NCBI RefSeq assembly: GCF_902786545.1
Contig: NZ_CADACU010000001.1
From: an uncultured Anaerovibrio sp.
GTDB taxonomy: Bacteria; Bacillota; Negativicutes; Selenomonadales; Selenomonadaceae
Strand: one strand, 5' to 3'
DNA: 64,000 nucleotides
Below are positions 47,952 to 58,244 of this stretch, piece after piece. Under the pieces are notes generated by a model. It was not told where the DNA came from, did no database searches, and saw only the letters and a list, made by a program, of their open reading frames with translations. A program made the position numbers and the translations under genes. Numbering within the stretch: the stretch's first letter is position 1; every line of letters begins with the position of its first letter.

Positions 47952-48776
47952 TTATAACTCTTTTCTTACAATGTCATGAATAGCAATAGCACTCTTTAAC
48001 AGGTCTTCCAGCTTATCCAGATAAACCATATTAGGTCCATCGCACAGCGCCTCTTCCGGATTATCGTGAACCTCCATGAAAAGTGCATCCACTCCAGCAC
48101 CTACTGCGGCCCGGACCAAATGCGGTACATATTCCCGATTGCCCGCTGAGCAGGTGCCAGCTCCACCTGGCAGCTGTACACTGTGGGTACCATCAAATAC
48201 TACAGGATAACCAAAGGATCTCATTATAGGGAATGTACGCATATCTACTACCAGATTATTGTAGCCAAAGGTTGCCCCCCGTTCAGTCAACATAATCTGG
48301 GAACAGCCTCCTTCATGAAGCTTATCCACTACATTGCGCATATCTCCCGGTGCCATAAACTGACCCTTTTTGACATTCACTACCGCACCGCTCTTGGCTG
48401 CAGCGTAAAGCAGGTCGGTCTGACGGCACAGAAAAGCTGGTATTTGAATGATATCAGCTACCTGAGCTACCGGCTTTACCTGTTCTTCCGTGTGGACATC
48501 AGTCACAATAGGAACCTGCAGCTCGTCCTTAATAGTCTGCAGCATTTCCAATCCTTTTTTCAGTCCAGGACCACGGAAGCCATTAAAAGAGGACCGGTTA
48601 GCCTTATCAAAGGATGCCTTGAATACATATGGTATTCCCAGGCGTCCGGTGATTTCCTTGATAGTGCGGCCAATCATCAGGCAACGGTCCAACCCCTCCA
48701 AAACGCATGGACCAGCCAGCAAGGCCAATGGTTTGCCATTACCAATTTCAAAATTTCCCACCTGAACAGTATTCAT
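47952..48776 (-). CDS. kdsA: Kdo-8-phosphate synthase
   Basis: KASFDKANRSS, QIPAFLCRQTDL and VFDGTHSVQLPGG motifs. Confidence 0.95.
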   Translation of the reverse strand: MNTVQVGNFEIGNGKPLALLAGPCVLEGLDRCLMIGRTIKEITGRLGIPYVFKASFDKANRSSFNGFRGPGLKKGLEMLQTIKDELQVPIVTDVHTEEQVKPVAQVADIIQIPAFLCRQTDLLYAAAKSGAVVNVKKGQFMAPGDMRNVVDKLHEGGCSQIMLTERGATFGYNNLVVDMRTFPIMRSFGYPVVFDGTHSVQLPGGAGTCSAGNREYVPHLVRAAVGAGVDALFMEVHDNPEEALCDGPNMVYLDKLEDLLKSAIAIHDIVRKEL

Positions 48777-48793
48777 AATGCGTACCCACCTTC

Positions 48794-49540
48794 CTAGGCC
48801 TTCGGCCCATTTAAACCATTTTTGTATGCTTTATTCACTGCTTCCAAATCGGCTGGTGTATCCACTCCAACAAAATGGAAATCAGTCTTAATAACCTTAA
48901 TTTTATACCCATTTTCCAAGGCCCGCAGCTGCTCCAGCGACTCGGTCTGTTCCAGTTCCGTTGGGGCCATTTTGGCATAATTGAGCAGGAACTCCCGCTT
49001 ATAGGCGTAAATTCCGATATGCTTATAAACCGCCATTCCGGTCTTTTCCCGGAAATATGGCAATGGCGAACGGGAAAAATACAGCGCATAGCCTTTCTTG
49101 TCCGTTACTACTTTTACATTATTTGGATTATCGATATCAGCCTGATTGGCCATAGGTGACATTACCGTGGCCATCTGCAGCTCAGGATCATCATCAAAGG
49201 ACGCGGCCAGTTCATCGATGAGAGCTGGCTCTATCATAGGTTCATCCCCCTGCACATTTATGATTAGCTCTGCTTCCGGATGGGCAGCTGCCACCTCCGC
49301 CAGACGGTCTGTTCCGGTGGGATGGTCCTTGGCTGTCATCATTGCGTTTCCGCCATTCTGTACAACCGCATCATAGACCCGCTGATCATCCACCGCCGCA
49401 ATAACCCCAGTAAGCCTGGTAGCTTTGGCCGCCTGCTCATAGACACGGACTATCATAGGCTTGCCGGCTATATCAGCCAGTGGTTTCCCCGGAAGCCGGG
49501 TCGATGCAAACCGGGCTGGAATAACGCAAAGTGTATTCAT
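48794..49540 (-). CDS. kdsB: CMP-Kdo synthetase
   Basis: VIPARFASTRLPGKPL N-terminus and NVQGDEP motif. Confidence 0.95.
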   Translation of the reverse strand: MNTLCVIPARFASTRLPGKPLADIAGKPMIVRVYEQAAKATRLTGVIAAVDDQRVYDAVVQNGGNAMMTAKDHPTGTDRLAEVAAAHPEAELIINVQGDEPMIEPALIDELAASFDDDPELQMATVMSPMANQADIDNPNNVKVVTDKKGYALYFSRSPLPYFREKTGMAVYKHIGIYAYKREFLLNYAKMAPTELEQTESLEQLRALENGYKIKVIKTDFHFVGVDTPADLEAVNKAYKNGLNGPKA

Positions 49541-49545
49541 AATAA

Positions 49546-52032
49546 TCAGCCTTTCTGTTTACGCTGCGCCAGTTTATCCTTCAGCAGCTGTTCAAATTCA
49601 TTCTTGCCATCCTGCAATACCACTTCAACAGTTAGAATATATACAGGAATAGCCCTTTCCTCCGGCACAGCCGCCAAAAATTCCATTGGCAGCTTTACCG
49701 CATCTTTTTCAGTAGTGACAATGGCCTCAGCCCCCTGACGGACCGCCTGCTCCATGGCATCCACCATTTCCTCCTGAGTATACTCATGATGGTCCGGGAA
49801 CCGGAAGCTTTCAATTATTTCAGCCCCGGTACTGCAAACCGTCTGCTCAAAAGAAGTAGGATTACCAATAGCTGACAGGGCTACAACCTTTTTCCCCTTA
49901 ATGGTGGAAATCGGCATCCCCTCATCGGCAATATTCCGTTTCCAATCACACAACTCAATACAGGACTGAGGATGATGGATACTTTCCACTACAATTGGAT
50001 TACTGCCATATTTGGCAATCTGATCCCGGATATACTTGTTAAATCCTGGCAGACCCTGATCCACCTTTGTCATAAGGCATACATCAGCCCGCTCCAGATG
50101 AGTTATTGGCTCTCTAAGAGTCCCCCGTGGCAGCACATAGCCATTGCCGAAGAGATTTACTGAGTCAATCAGCACCACATCAACATCCCGCTTCAGCTTC
50201 CAGTGCTGGAAGCCATCATCCAGGATGGCAACTTCGGCCCCAAAATGTTCCACAGCATATTGTCCAGTTTTGGACCGGTCCGGCCCTATCAGCACCGGAA
50301 CCTCCGGCAGATGCTTAGCCAACATATAAGCCTCATCGCCGGCCTGATCTGCTTCCATATAAATGTGTTTTCCATCCGACACCAACCCAACCTCGCCTTG
50401 CCATTTGGCCCGATACCCACGGTTGAGAATTACCACCCGGTAACCCAAATCACGGATATACTTGGCCAGATGCTGCGCTGTCGGAGTTTTACCTGTACCA
50501 CCTACGGTGATATTACCCAGGCTTATCACAAAGCAATCCAATTTTTTGCTCTGGATTATCCCAAATTTATAGCAATCAAGCTTTAAGTTAACCAGCACGC
50601 TGTACACATGGGACAACAAATACAATATAATGACAATACCACGGGTAAGCAACCCCTGTGGTTCTTTATTGTGAACAAGCTGCATGAAATATGTCTGAAA
50701 GTTTTCCAGCTTGTCAGTGGCTTTAACCTTATTCTGCTCCACCTTAATCAAAAGGTCATTGAGAATATCTGCCGTGCGTTCCGCCGCTCCCCGGTTTTCC
50801 CGGCAAATGGCCAGAGTCTCTTCCTCCATGCGATGGCGTTCATCATCATCCTGGAAAAGCTTCAGGGCTTCCTTTGCCAAATCGGCCCCATTTTTTACTG
50901 TTACAACGGCATTACGATTTTTGAACAGTACATGGGTATCCTTGAAGTTGAACATATTCGGTCCCACGATGATAGCCTTGCCATGGGCCGCCGGTTCCAG
51001 TATATTGTGCCCCCCGTGGGGTATCAGACTCCCCCCAACGAAAATCACATCACCCACACTGTACATTTTCCCCAGCTCGCCAATGGTGTTTAAAATAACC
51101 ACATCATGACCGGTAGAATATTGTTCCTGCAGCTGGGTTCGAGTAACTGCGGTAAAGCAATATTGATCACACAAATCAAGAATTGCATTAGTTCTTAGTA
51201 CGGAGCGGGGTGCTATCACCAGCTTAGCCTCTGGAAATACCCGCTTAATATCATTATAAGCCTTTAAAACATGCTCTTCTTCCCCTTTATGGGTGGAGCC
51301 GGCCAAAAATACGCCCTGATTATCACCAAGCCCCAGCTCCAACAGAAGGTTGTGCTTTTCCGCCTCACTGACATTGGTATATGTCTGGTCAAACTTGGTA
51401 TTGCCGGTCACCGTCACCAGTGCCGGATCAGCCCCTAATTTAAGGATATTGTCCGCATCAACCTTGGACTGCATGGCAAACACCTTAATAGAGCTTAATA
51501 TCTCATCCCACAGGCTGTATAAATAACGATACCGTTTAACGCTCTTGTCACTAATACGGCCATTTACCATCAGTACCGGTATATCCAGTTTCTTGCAAGC
51601 CCGGAGGAAGTTTGGCCAAAGCTCTGTTTCCACCGGCATAAACACTCTTGGACGCACCCGATACACCAAATTGGCCGAAAGCCACGGCAAGTCAAACGGA
51701 AAATGAATGATACTGTCCGCATCCTTGATAATCCGATTGGCCATTTCGTAGCCACTGCTGGTAAAGACGGATACCAGTATTGGGCTTTGCGGAAATTTCT
51801 TGTGGAATTCCGTTATCAGCGGACTGGCCGCCACAATTTCTCCGACAGAAGCAGCATGAACCCATATGCAATTTTTCCGGGCCACCTTATCCAGGGCATG
51901 CTTTGGCAAAAAACCAAGCTGTTGCTTTATTCGCTGAACAAAGCCCTTTTCCCGGACAGCCCGAACGCAGAATACCGGCGTAAACAATATGACCGCCAGT
52001 ATGGCCGCTATATGGTACACTAAACGCAGCAT
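49546..52032 (-). CDS. Fused Kdo transferase (WaaA/KdtA, N-terminal) and tetraacyldisaccharide 4'-kinase (LpxK, C-terminal)
   Basis: aa 1 to about 425 match WaaA (WVHAASVGE, GGSLIPHGGHNILEPA). aa about 455-828 match LpxK (membrane helix, then GNITVGGTGKTP P-loop and DDGFQH). Single uninterrupted 828-aa ORF. Confidence 0.85.
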   Translation of the reverse strand: MLRLVYHIAAILAVILFTPVFCVRAVREKGFVQRIKQQLGFLPKHALDKVARKNCIWVHAASVGEIVAASPLITEFHKKFPQSPILVSVFTSSGYEMANRIIKDADSIIHFPFDLPWLSANLVYRVRPRVFMPVETELWPNFLRACKKLDIPVLMVNGRISDKSVKRYRYLYSLWDEILSSIKVFAMQSKVDADNILKLGADPALVTVTGNTKFDQTYTNVSEAEKHNLLLELGLGDNQGVFLAGSTHKGEEEHVLKAYNDIKRVFPEAKLVIAPRSVLRTNAILDLCDQYCFTAVTRTQLQEQYSTGHDVVILNTIGELGKMYSVGDVIFVGGSLIPHGGHNILEPAAHGKAIIVGPNMFNFKDTHVLFKNRNAVVTVKNGADLAKEALKLFQDDDERHRMEEETLAICRENRGAAERTADILNDLLIKVEQNKVKATDKLENFQTYFMQLVHNKEPQGLLTRGIVIILYLLSHVYSVLVNLKLDCYKFGIIQSKKLDCFVISLGNITVGGTGKTPTAQHLAKYIRDLGYRVVILNRGYRAKWQGEVGLVSDGKHIYMEADQAGDEAYMLAKHLPEVPVLIGPDRSKTGQYAVEHFGAEVAILDDGFQHWKLKRDVDVVLIDSVNLFGNGYVLPRGTLREPITHLERADVCLMTKVDQGLPGFNKYIRDQIAKYGSNPIVVESIHHPQSCIELCDWKRNIADEGMPISTIKGKKVVALSAIGNPTSFEQTVCSTGAEIIESFRFPDHHEYTQEEMVDAMEQAVRQGAEAIVTTEKDAVKLPMEFLAAVPEERAIPVYILTVEVVLQDGKNEFEQLLKDKLAQRKQKG

Positions 52033-52050
52033 GTAATGTTTTCTCCTCGC

Positions 52051-53781
52051 TTAGGCGTTGTTATTACGGAACTGTATATTATAGAGATTGCTGTACAAAC
52101 CATTTTGATTTAACAGCTCTTCATGGGTGCCATGTTCAACTACATGGCCATTCTCTACTACATAAATCTGATTGGCATTGAAAATTGTGGACAGCCGATG
52201 GGCGATTACAAAGGATGTCCGCCCTTCCATCAGCTTGTCCAGAGCATCCTGCACAATCTTTTCACTTTCAGTATCCAAAGCCGAAGTGGCCTCGTCTAAA
52301 ATCAATACCCGTGGATTTTTTAAAATTGCCCGGGCAATAGCCAAACGCTGTCGCTGACCACCAGACAGATTTAACCCCCGCTCACCGATTTTTGTTTCAT
52401 AGCCTTCCGGCAATTCCCGAATAAACTCATCAGCATTGGCTGCCTTGGACGCCGCAATAATTTCTTCATCAGTGGCATCCAGCCGGCCATAGCGGATATT
52501 TTCCATTACGGTAGTACTGAACAGCATAGTTTCCTGTGGTACCAGCCCAATCTGCTCTCTGAGGGAATTGGTGGTAACCTCACGGATATCATAGCCATCA
52601 ATGCTTATACTGCCGGAATCAATATCATAAAATCTTGGAATAAGATTAGCGATAGTGGACTTGCCGCTGCCGCTTGGTCCTACCAGGGCAATCATCTGCC
52701 CCGGCTCAGCCTGGATACTGACATTGGACAGAGCCGCCTGCCCTTCCTTATAGGAAAAAGTAACATTATCAAATATTACCCGCCCCTCAATCGCCGGCAA
52801 TTCCTTGGCATCAGGCGCATCCTTAATTTTCTCGTCCATATCCATGACATCAAATACCCGGTCAGCCGCCGCCATGGCTTTCTGAATCGCACCATACACC
52901 CGGCTCAATCGTTTTACCGGATTTGCCAAATTGACCGCATAAGTCAAAAAAGCCACCAATTCACCGGCAGTAATTGTTTCATTGACTACCTCATAGCCAC
53001 CGAACCACACGATAAATGTCACTGCAACAGCAGCCAAAAATTCCACCGTTGGAGTCAACAGGCTCATCAGCTTGACATTTTTCATTGCCGCCTGAAAGTT
53101 TAAAATGTTTTGATGTTCAAAACGATTGATTTCATAGGCTTCACGCACAAATGACTTCACAACCCGGATAGCGGAAATACTTTCCTGCAGCATGGAGGTA
53201 ATATCCGCCATTCGCTCCTGTATAAGCGTACCGGAGGACTTCAGCTTGCGGCCAAAAATCTTCATGGCATACCCGACCAGCGGAATGGTCATCAAAGTCA
53301 ATAAACTTAGCCGCCAGTCCAAATACACCATCATCACCAGCGAACCAACCAATATAGACGACTCAGTAACCATCTCAATAAGGTTATTTACGATAGCATT
53401 CTGCATGGCCGCCACATCATTGGTAATATAACTCATCACCGTACCGGTCTGCTGTTTATCATAATAGGATAAGGGCATATTCTGAAACTTCTTGAAAAGA
53501 ATACTTCTGACATCAATAATTACCCGCTCACCCACATAGGAAACCAGGTAACTCTGCCCATAATAGAATACTCCCCGTATAAACATAACCACCAAAATGC
53601 CTATGGCAATCAGGTTCAGCATATACATATCCCGGTCCATAAGCACCTTGTCAATCATATCCTTGATAATCCAAGGCAAATACAGATTGGCTCCAGCTGC
53701 CATAATAATGCAGAACACGGCCAGCACCAATCGTTTAATATACGGTTTTATATACATAAGCAACCGCTTATAATTCTTCAT
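52051..53781 (-). CDS. msbA: Lipid A export ABC transporter (half-transporter)
   Basis: 6 TM plus an NBD with GPSGSGKST, LSGGQRQR and ILILDEATSALD. Located in the lipid A cluster. Confidence 0.85.
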   Translation of the reverse strand: MKNYKRLLMYIKPYIKRLVLAVFCIIMAAGANLYLPWIIKDMIDKVLMDRDMYMLNLIAIGILVVMFIRGVFYYGQSYLVSYVGERVIIDVRSILFKKFQNMPLSYYDKQQTGTVMSYITNDVAAMQNAIVNNLIEMVTESSILVGSLVMMVYLDWRLSLLTLMTIPLVGYAMKIFGRKLKSSGTLIQERMADITSMLQESISAIRVVKSFVREAYEINRFEHQNILNFQAAMKNVKLMSLLTPTVEFLAAVAVTFIVWFGGYEVVNETITAGELVAFLTYAVNLANPVKRLSRVYGAIQKAMAAADRVFDVMDMDEKIKDAPDAKELPAIEGRVIFDNVTFSYKEGQAALSNVSIQAEPGQMIALVGPSGSGKSTIANLIPRFYDIDSGSISIDGYDIREVTTNSLREQIGLVPQETMLFSTTVMENIRYGRLDATDEEIIAASKAANADEFIRELPEGYETKIGERGLNLSGGQRQRLAIARAILKNPRVLILDEATSALDTESEKIVQDALDKLMEGRTSFVIAHRLSTIFNANQIYVVENGHVVEHGTHEELLNQNGLYSNLYNIQFRNNNA

Positions 53782-54938
53782 TCAGTTCCCTCCCGGCCGG
53801 CTTTACCATATTTCTTAGCCGCCGCTATAATTCTTGCTGCTACCCGGACAGCCGCCCCCGGTTCCCCCAGCTTCGCAACGGCTTCCTTAAGTCCCTGGAC
53901 TACTGTCGGACGATAATCGGCATCAGCATAATATTTTCTTGCCTCTTCAAAAATCCGGGTGCCAGTGACCTCTGACTGAAGGAGCTCCTTTTGAACCTCC
54001 CGGCCGGCCAAAATATTCGGCAAAGTGAAAAAATCAATGTCCACCAGCAATTTGCCAATAGCGTAAGACAACGCCGCCATACGGTACAAGCACACACATG
54101 GCAACCCCATAATGGCCGCCTCCATTACCACCGTCCCGGAGGTAGCCAGAGCAAACAAGCCAATATTCATCAAATCATAGGTGTTATCCTGAGTATAATG
54201 GATATCAACATTATATCTGCTTACAATGGCTTCAATCAGCTGTCGGCTGATCCCCGGTGCCACCGGCAAATAAAATTCCAGCCGATTATTATCTTTTTGC
54301 AAAAGCTCTGCCGCCGCCAACATCGGTGGCAGAAGCTGTGTTATTTCATGTTTGCGGCTTCCCGGCAATAATACTACCGGCGAAGCTCCAGGCGTGACTT
54401 TAAAAAATTGGCGGGCTTCCTCCTGAGACATAGATGGCTTCACAGTATCAAGCAATGGGTTCCCGTTAAAAGAAATATTCGCTCCGGCCGCTTCATATAC
54501 CGGCAATTCAAAAGGAAAAATAGCCGCCAGTTCATCAGCAATAGCTCCACATTTCCTGGCCCGCCCTTTACGCCATGCCCAGGCCGATGGTGGAATGTAC
54601 GAAAACACCGGTATCCCCATAGCTTTGGCTCGTTTGGCCAAGCGCCAATTAAAATCCGGATAATCAATCAGCACCAGCAAGTCCGGTTTTTCCTGTCGCA
54701 TAAACTCAGTCAATTTATCCAACAGCTCAAAAATCTTGCGGAGATTTTTTATAACCTCCCAGACTCCCATGACACTGTATTCTTTCATATCAGCACAAAG
54801 CCTTATGCCCGCCGCCGCCATTTTTTCGCCGCCAAAACCCACCAGCTGAATCGCCGGATCCTGAGCCAAAATGGCCTTAGCCAAGCTTTCGCCGTGCAAA
54901 TCTCCGGAGGGCTCGCCTGCTGAAAACATTATTTTCAT
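53778..54938 (-). CDS. lpxB: Lipid-A-disaccharide synthase
   Basis: KIMFSAGEPSGDLHG N-terminus. ATG at 54938, 7 nt after GAAGGAGGA. Confidence 0.9.
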   Translation of the reverse strand: MKIMFSAGEPSGDLHGESLAKAILAQDPAIQLVGFGGEKMAAAGIRLCADMKEYSVMGVWEVIKNLRKIFELLDKLTEFMRQEKPDLLVLIDYPDFNWRLAKRAKAMGIPVFSYIPPSAWAWRKGRARKCGAIADELAAIFPFELPVYEAAGANISFNGNPLLDTVKPSMSQEEARQFFKVTPGASPVVLLPGSRKHEITQLLPPMLAAAELLQKDNNRLEFYLPVAPGISRQLIEAIVSRYNVDIHYTQDNTYDLMNIGLFALATSGTVVMEAAIMGLPCVCLYRMAALSYAIGKLLVDIDFFTLPNILAGREVQKELLQSEVTGTRIFEEARKYYADADYRPTVVQGLKEAVAKLGEPGAAVRVAARIIAAAKKYGKAGREGTE

Positions 54939-55051
54939 CCTGCTGTCCTCCTTCAAACATAATCGTACACTCTATTATCTCACATTTCGCTTCAACGCAC
55001 AAGAAAGGGACTGGATTACTCAGCCCCTTTCTCAAATATTTTCATAAAATT

Positions 55052-55861
55052 TTACTCCATTACGGCAATAGTTATATCATTGGCATCAGCCAACTCAATA
55101 ACCCGGTCTTTATCCACCAGCAAAGTCCGGCCAGCTTCAATAACCAAAGCCTTGGCTCCCACCGCAATCATACTTTCAATAGTGGTCATACCAACCGCAG
55201 GAACATCAAACCGCAAATCCTGTTTTGGCTTGGCAACCTTGGCCACTACTGCGCCACCCCGGGCCAATTCCCCTCCTCGACGGATACAGGCATCGGTTCC
55301 CTCTATTGCCTCAAGCGCCATTACGCCCAACTGTTTCACCACAGCCGTCTGCCCCACATCAAGGCGACCAATTTCTCTGGCCATTTCCATTCCAAACTTC
55401 ATATCCTTAAGCTCATCTTCGGTTGGCTGGCGTTTGGTCAAAACCCCTTTTGCCGGCATCAACGGCTTTATCAGGGCAGTCTGATCCAATGCTTCCAATC
55501 CATCCTTGGCCAATTCGGCCACAAAGGACAGCATCAGGGTATCGTCCTTCCGGTCCGGCAAAGTAAAAATAAGGGAAAGCATCCGCAAATCTGGCTGTAC
55601 ATGCTGACCACTGTACAAGATTTCCTTGGTAACCTTTCCCAGCATGGTAACCTTCGTTACCCCATTTTCCTTGAGATAATCTATAATCGCCTGCAGCTGG
55701 GCAATACTTATATCCTTATAACCAGCTGTACAGCTTTTTAAATCCTCGTCAACACCTGGAATTAAACCAACTGCATATACCTCATAGCCCATGGCCTTGG
55801 CTGCCATTGCACATTCTACTGGCAAACGGCCAACTCCGGCCAACAGCCCTATCTTTTCCAT
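55052..55861 (-). CDS. lpxI: UDP-2,3-diacylglucosamine diphosphatase (LpxI, DUF1009)
   Basis: IGLLAGVGRLP N-terminus, DVGQTAVV and EGTDACIRRGG motifs. Sits between lpxA and lpxB. Confidence 0.8.
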   Translation of the reverse strand: MEKIGLLAGVGRLPVECAMAAKAMGYEVYAVGLIPGVDEDLKSCTAGYKDISIAQLQAIIDYLKENGVTKVTMLGKVTKEILYSGQHVQPDLRMLSLIFTLPDRKDDTLMLSFVAELAKDGLEALDQTALIKPLMPAKGVLTKRQPTEDELKDMKFGMEMAREIGRLDVGQTAVVKQLGVMALEAIEGTDACIRRGGELARGGAVVAKVAKPKQDLRFDVPAVGMTTIESMIAVGAKALVIEAGRTLLVDKDRVIELADANDITIAVME

Positions 55862-55877
55862 ATTCATCCTCCGACAA

Positions 55878-56717
55878 TCAATCCTCTGCTTCATCCGAAG
55901 CTTTGGAATTATGTCTGGCGTTAGGCCGACAAATTCCCCGGTCTGCTTTCCTTAAAAATTCCAGCATATGCTCTACTTCTTCGCAGGATTCCACCTGTTC
56001 CTCAATGGCACTTATCGCATCCTCCAGCCGAAGACCGGAACGGTACAGCAGTCTATATGCCTGTTTAATTTTCTTTCTTGATTCTATGGATATCCCCGAA
56101 CGGGAAATACCTACGCTGTTAAGGCCACAAGCCGCTGCCGGCGAACCTTCCACAATGGTAAACGGAACAATATCATGAATATTTCTGGACATACCGCCCA
56201 CCATAGAATTACGGCCAATCCGAACAAACTGATGTACACCGGCCATGCCGCCCACAACAGCTTTATCCTCAATTACCACATGACCGGCCACCATAGCGGC
56301 ATTAGCCATGATAACATGGTCACCCAGCACACAGTTATGGGCTACATGAACATAGGCCATCAACAGGCAGTCATCGCCAATACGGGTTACCTCTTCCTCA
56401 CCACAGGCCCGGTGAATGGTACAAAATTCATGAATCTTGGTGCGGTCACCAATCTCCACATAGCTGCGTTCACCCTTGAATTTCAGATCCTGTGGCTCCT
56501 CACCGATGGATGCCCCCTGAAATATATGGCAATCCTTGCCAATTTTGGTCCAGCCAGTAATAACTACACTAGGTCCCACTTCAGTACCGTCACCGATCTC
56601 CACATTTTCACCGATAACCGTAAAAGGACCAATTTTTACATTCTTCCCCAGCTTTGCCTTGGGATGAACCACGGCAAATTGATGTATATCTGCAACAGAA
56701 TTTTTGCTATCTGTCAT
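55878..56717 (-). CDS. lpxA: Acyl-ACP:UDP-GlcNAc O-acyltransferase
   Basis: Hexapeptide repeats and NSVGISRSG/YRLLYRSG C-terminal domain motifs. ATG at 56717 after an AAGGAG RBS. Confidence 0.9.
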   Translation of the reverse strand: MTDSKNSVADIHQFAVVHPKAKLGKNVKIGPFTVIGENVEIGDGTEVGPSVVITGWTKIGKDCHIFQGASIGEEPQDLKFKGERSYVEIGDRTKIHEFCTIHRACGEEEVTRIGDDCLLMAYVHVAHNCVLGDHVIMANAAMVAGHVVIEDKAVVGGMAGVHQFVRIGRNSMVGGMSRNIHDIVPFTIVEGSPAAACGLNSVGISRSGISIESRKKIKQAYRLLYRSGLRLEDAISAIEEQVESCEEVEHMLEFLRKADRGICRPNARHNSKASDEAED

Positions 56718-56874
56718 AAAACTACACTCCTTTAGTATGCCCCACAGTCTATACATACTCTAATATATAATAATAATATACACTGCATCAGCTACACCTG
56801 ATTTTAGGCCAAATTTGACCGTTTTGGGGGCAAATACTAAACATTCCTCTATTTATCTAGCTAATTTATCTAAT

Positions 56875-57312
56875 TTATTCCTCCGGGCGCTGCAAAGCAA
56901 AGGTAAAATCGCCCTGAGCAGCAAAAACATCATCAACAAATGCTTCTGCGTGCAAACGGCCATAATCACCATGAACCTTCATCAATTCAGCCTTCATCAC
57001 CAGCTGATCACCTGGTATTACCATTTTCTTGAACTTGATATTGTCCATACCGCCAAAGAGGGCAATCTTTCCCCGGTTTTCCTCCGGATAAAGCATAGCA
57101 ATACCCCCTACCTGGGCCATGGCTTCCAAAATCAATACTCCCGGCATAATTGCCTTGTGCGGAAAATGGCCATGAAACTGTGGCTCATTATAGGTTACAT
57201 TCTTGATTCCGGTTGCTGACTTGAATGGGTCAATCTCAATAATCCGATCTACCAGCAAAAAAGGAGCTCTGTGCGGCAAAATTTTCTTAATCTCGTCTAT
57301 CTCCAATACCAT
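56875..57312 (-). CDS. fabZ: 3-hydroxyacyl-ACP dehydratase
   Basis: ILPHRAPFLLVDRI and FHGHFP..PGVLILEAMAQ motifs. Confidence 0.95.
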   Translation of the reverse strand: MVLEIDEIKKILPHRAPFLLVDRIIEIDPFKSATGIKNVTYNEPQFHGHFPHKAIMPGVLILEAMAQVGGIAMLYPEENRGKIALFGGMDNIKFKKMVIPGDQLVMKAELMKVHGDYGRLHAEAFVDDVFAAQGDFTFALQRPEE

Positions 57313-57336
57313 AAAAAAATACCTTCTTCCTTTTTA

Positions 57337-58164
57337 TCATTTACAAAATGCTTCATACAACTTCTTGGCCATAGTCGTGTTTAGGGAATGACCGGATTTT
57401 ACAGCAACAATATGCCCCTTTATAAAGCCAGCCAACCGCAGGTCGCCCACAATATCCAGTATCTTATGGCGCACCAGCTCATCCGGATATCTAAGCTCGT
57501 TCATCCAGCCCTGGTCATTGTAAACTATGACATTTTCCATGGTACCACCCAGGCCCAACCCCATTTTTCGCAAAGCCTCAATCTCAGCTTCATAGGCGAT
57601 GGTCCGGGCCGGAGCCACCTCTTTCCCATAAATCTCCTGATTGATTTCATAATCACCATACTGAATACCAATCACAGGATGGGGATTGATGGAAGTAAAG
57701 CTTACACGGAAACCGTCATATGGCAATGCCAGTACAAATTTATCACCGTCATCCACCCGATACAATTTATCGATGACAATCTCCCGGCGGAGTTGGGGTA
57801 ATTCCTTTCCCCCCGCTTTTTGAATAAGCTCCATAAACACCTTACTGCTGCCATCTGCCACCGGCGGTTCCTCACTGTCAATCAGTATCCGGCAGTTATC
57901 AATGCCCATGGCATTAAAGGATGACATAAGGTGCTCTATGGTAAACATCTTTATTCCATTTTCTTCAATAGTGGTTGCCCTAAGGGTCGATGTAACATTT
58001 GAGGCCTTGGCCGCCACCTGCGGTTCCCCCGGCAAATCGCTTCTCACAAAAACTATGCCTGTATCAGCTGCAGCTGGTTGCAGGGTCATATGCACATCAA
58101 CACCTGAATGTAATCCTACACCTACATAACTCACTTCGGAATTAAGGGTAGTTTGATAAGCCAA
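57337..58164 (-). CDS. lpxC: UDP-3-O-acyl-GlcNAc deacetylase
   Basis: GVGLHSG, TIEHLMSA-like and RHKILDIVGDL motifs. Confidence 0.95.
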   Translation of the reverse strand: MAYQTTLNSEVSYVGVGLHSGVDVHMTLQPAAADTGIVFVRSDLPGEPQVAAKASNVTSTLRATTIEENGIKMFTIEHLMSSFNAMGIDNCRILIDSEEPPVADGSSKVFMELIQKAGGKELPQLRREIVIDKLYRVDDGDKFVLALPYDGFRVSFTSINPHPVIGIQYGDYEINQEIYGKEVAPARTIAYEAEIEALRKMGLGLGGTMENVIVYNDQGWMNELRYPDELVRHKILDIVGDLRLAGFIKGHIVAVKSGHSLNTTMAKKLYEAFCK

Positions 58165-58244
58165 ATTCAGCCCTCCTTGACATAAAATATCAGTTTAATT
58201 TTACCTAATCTTTAATTATTCTGCAAGACTATCGGTCCAGCCTA

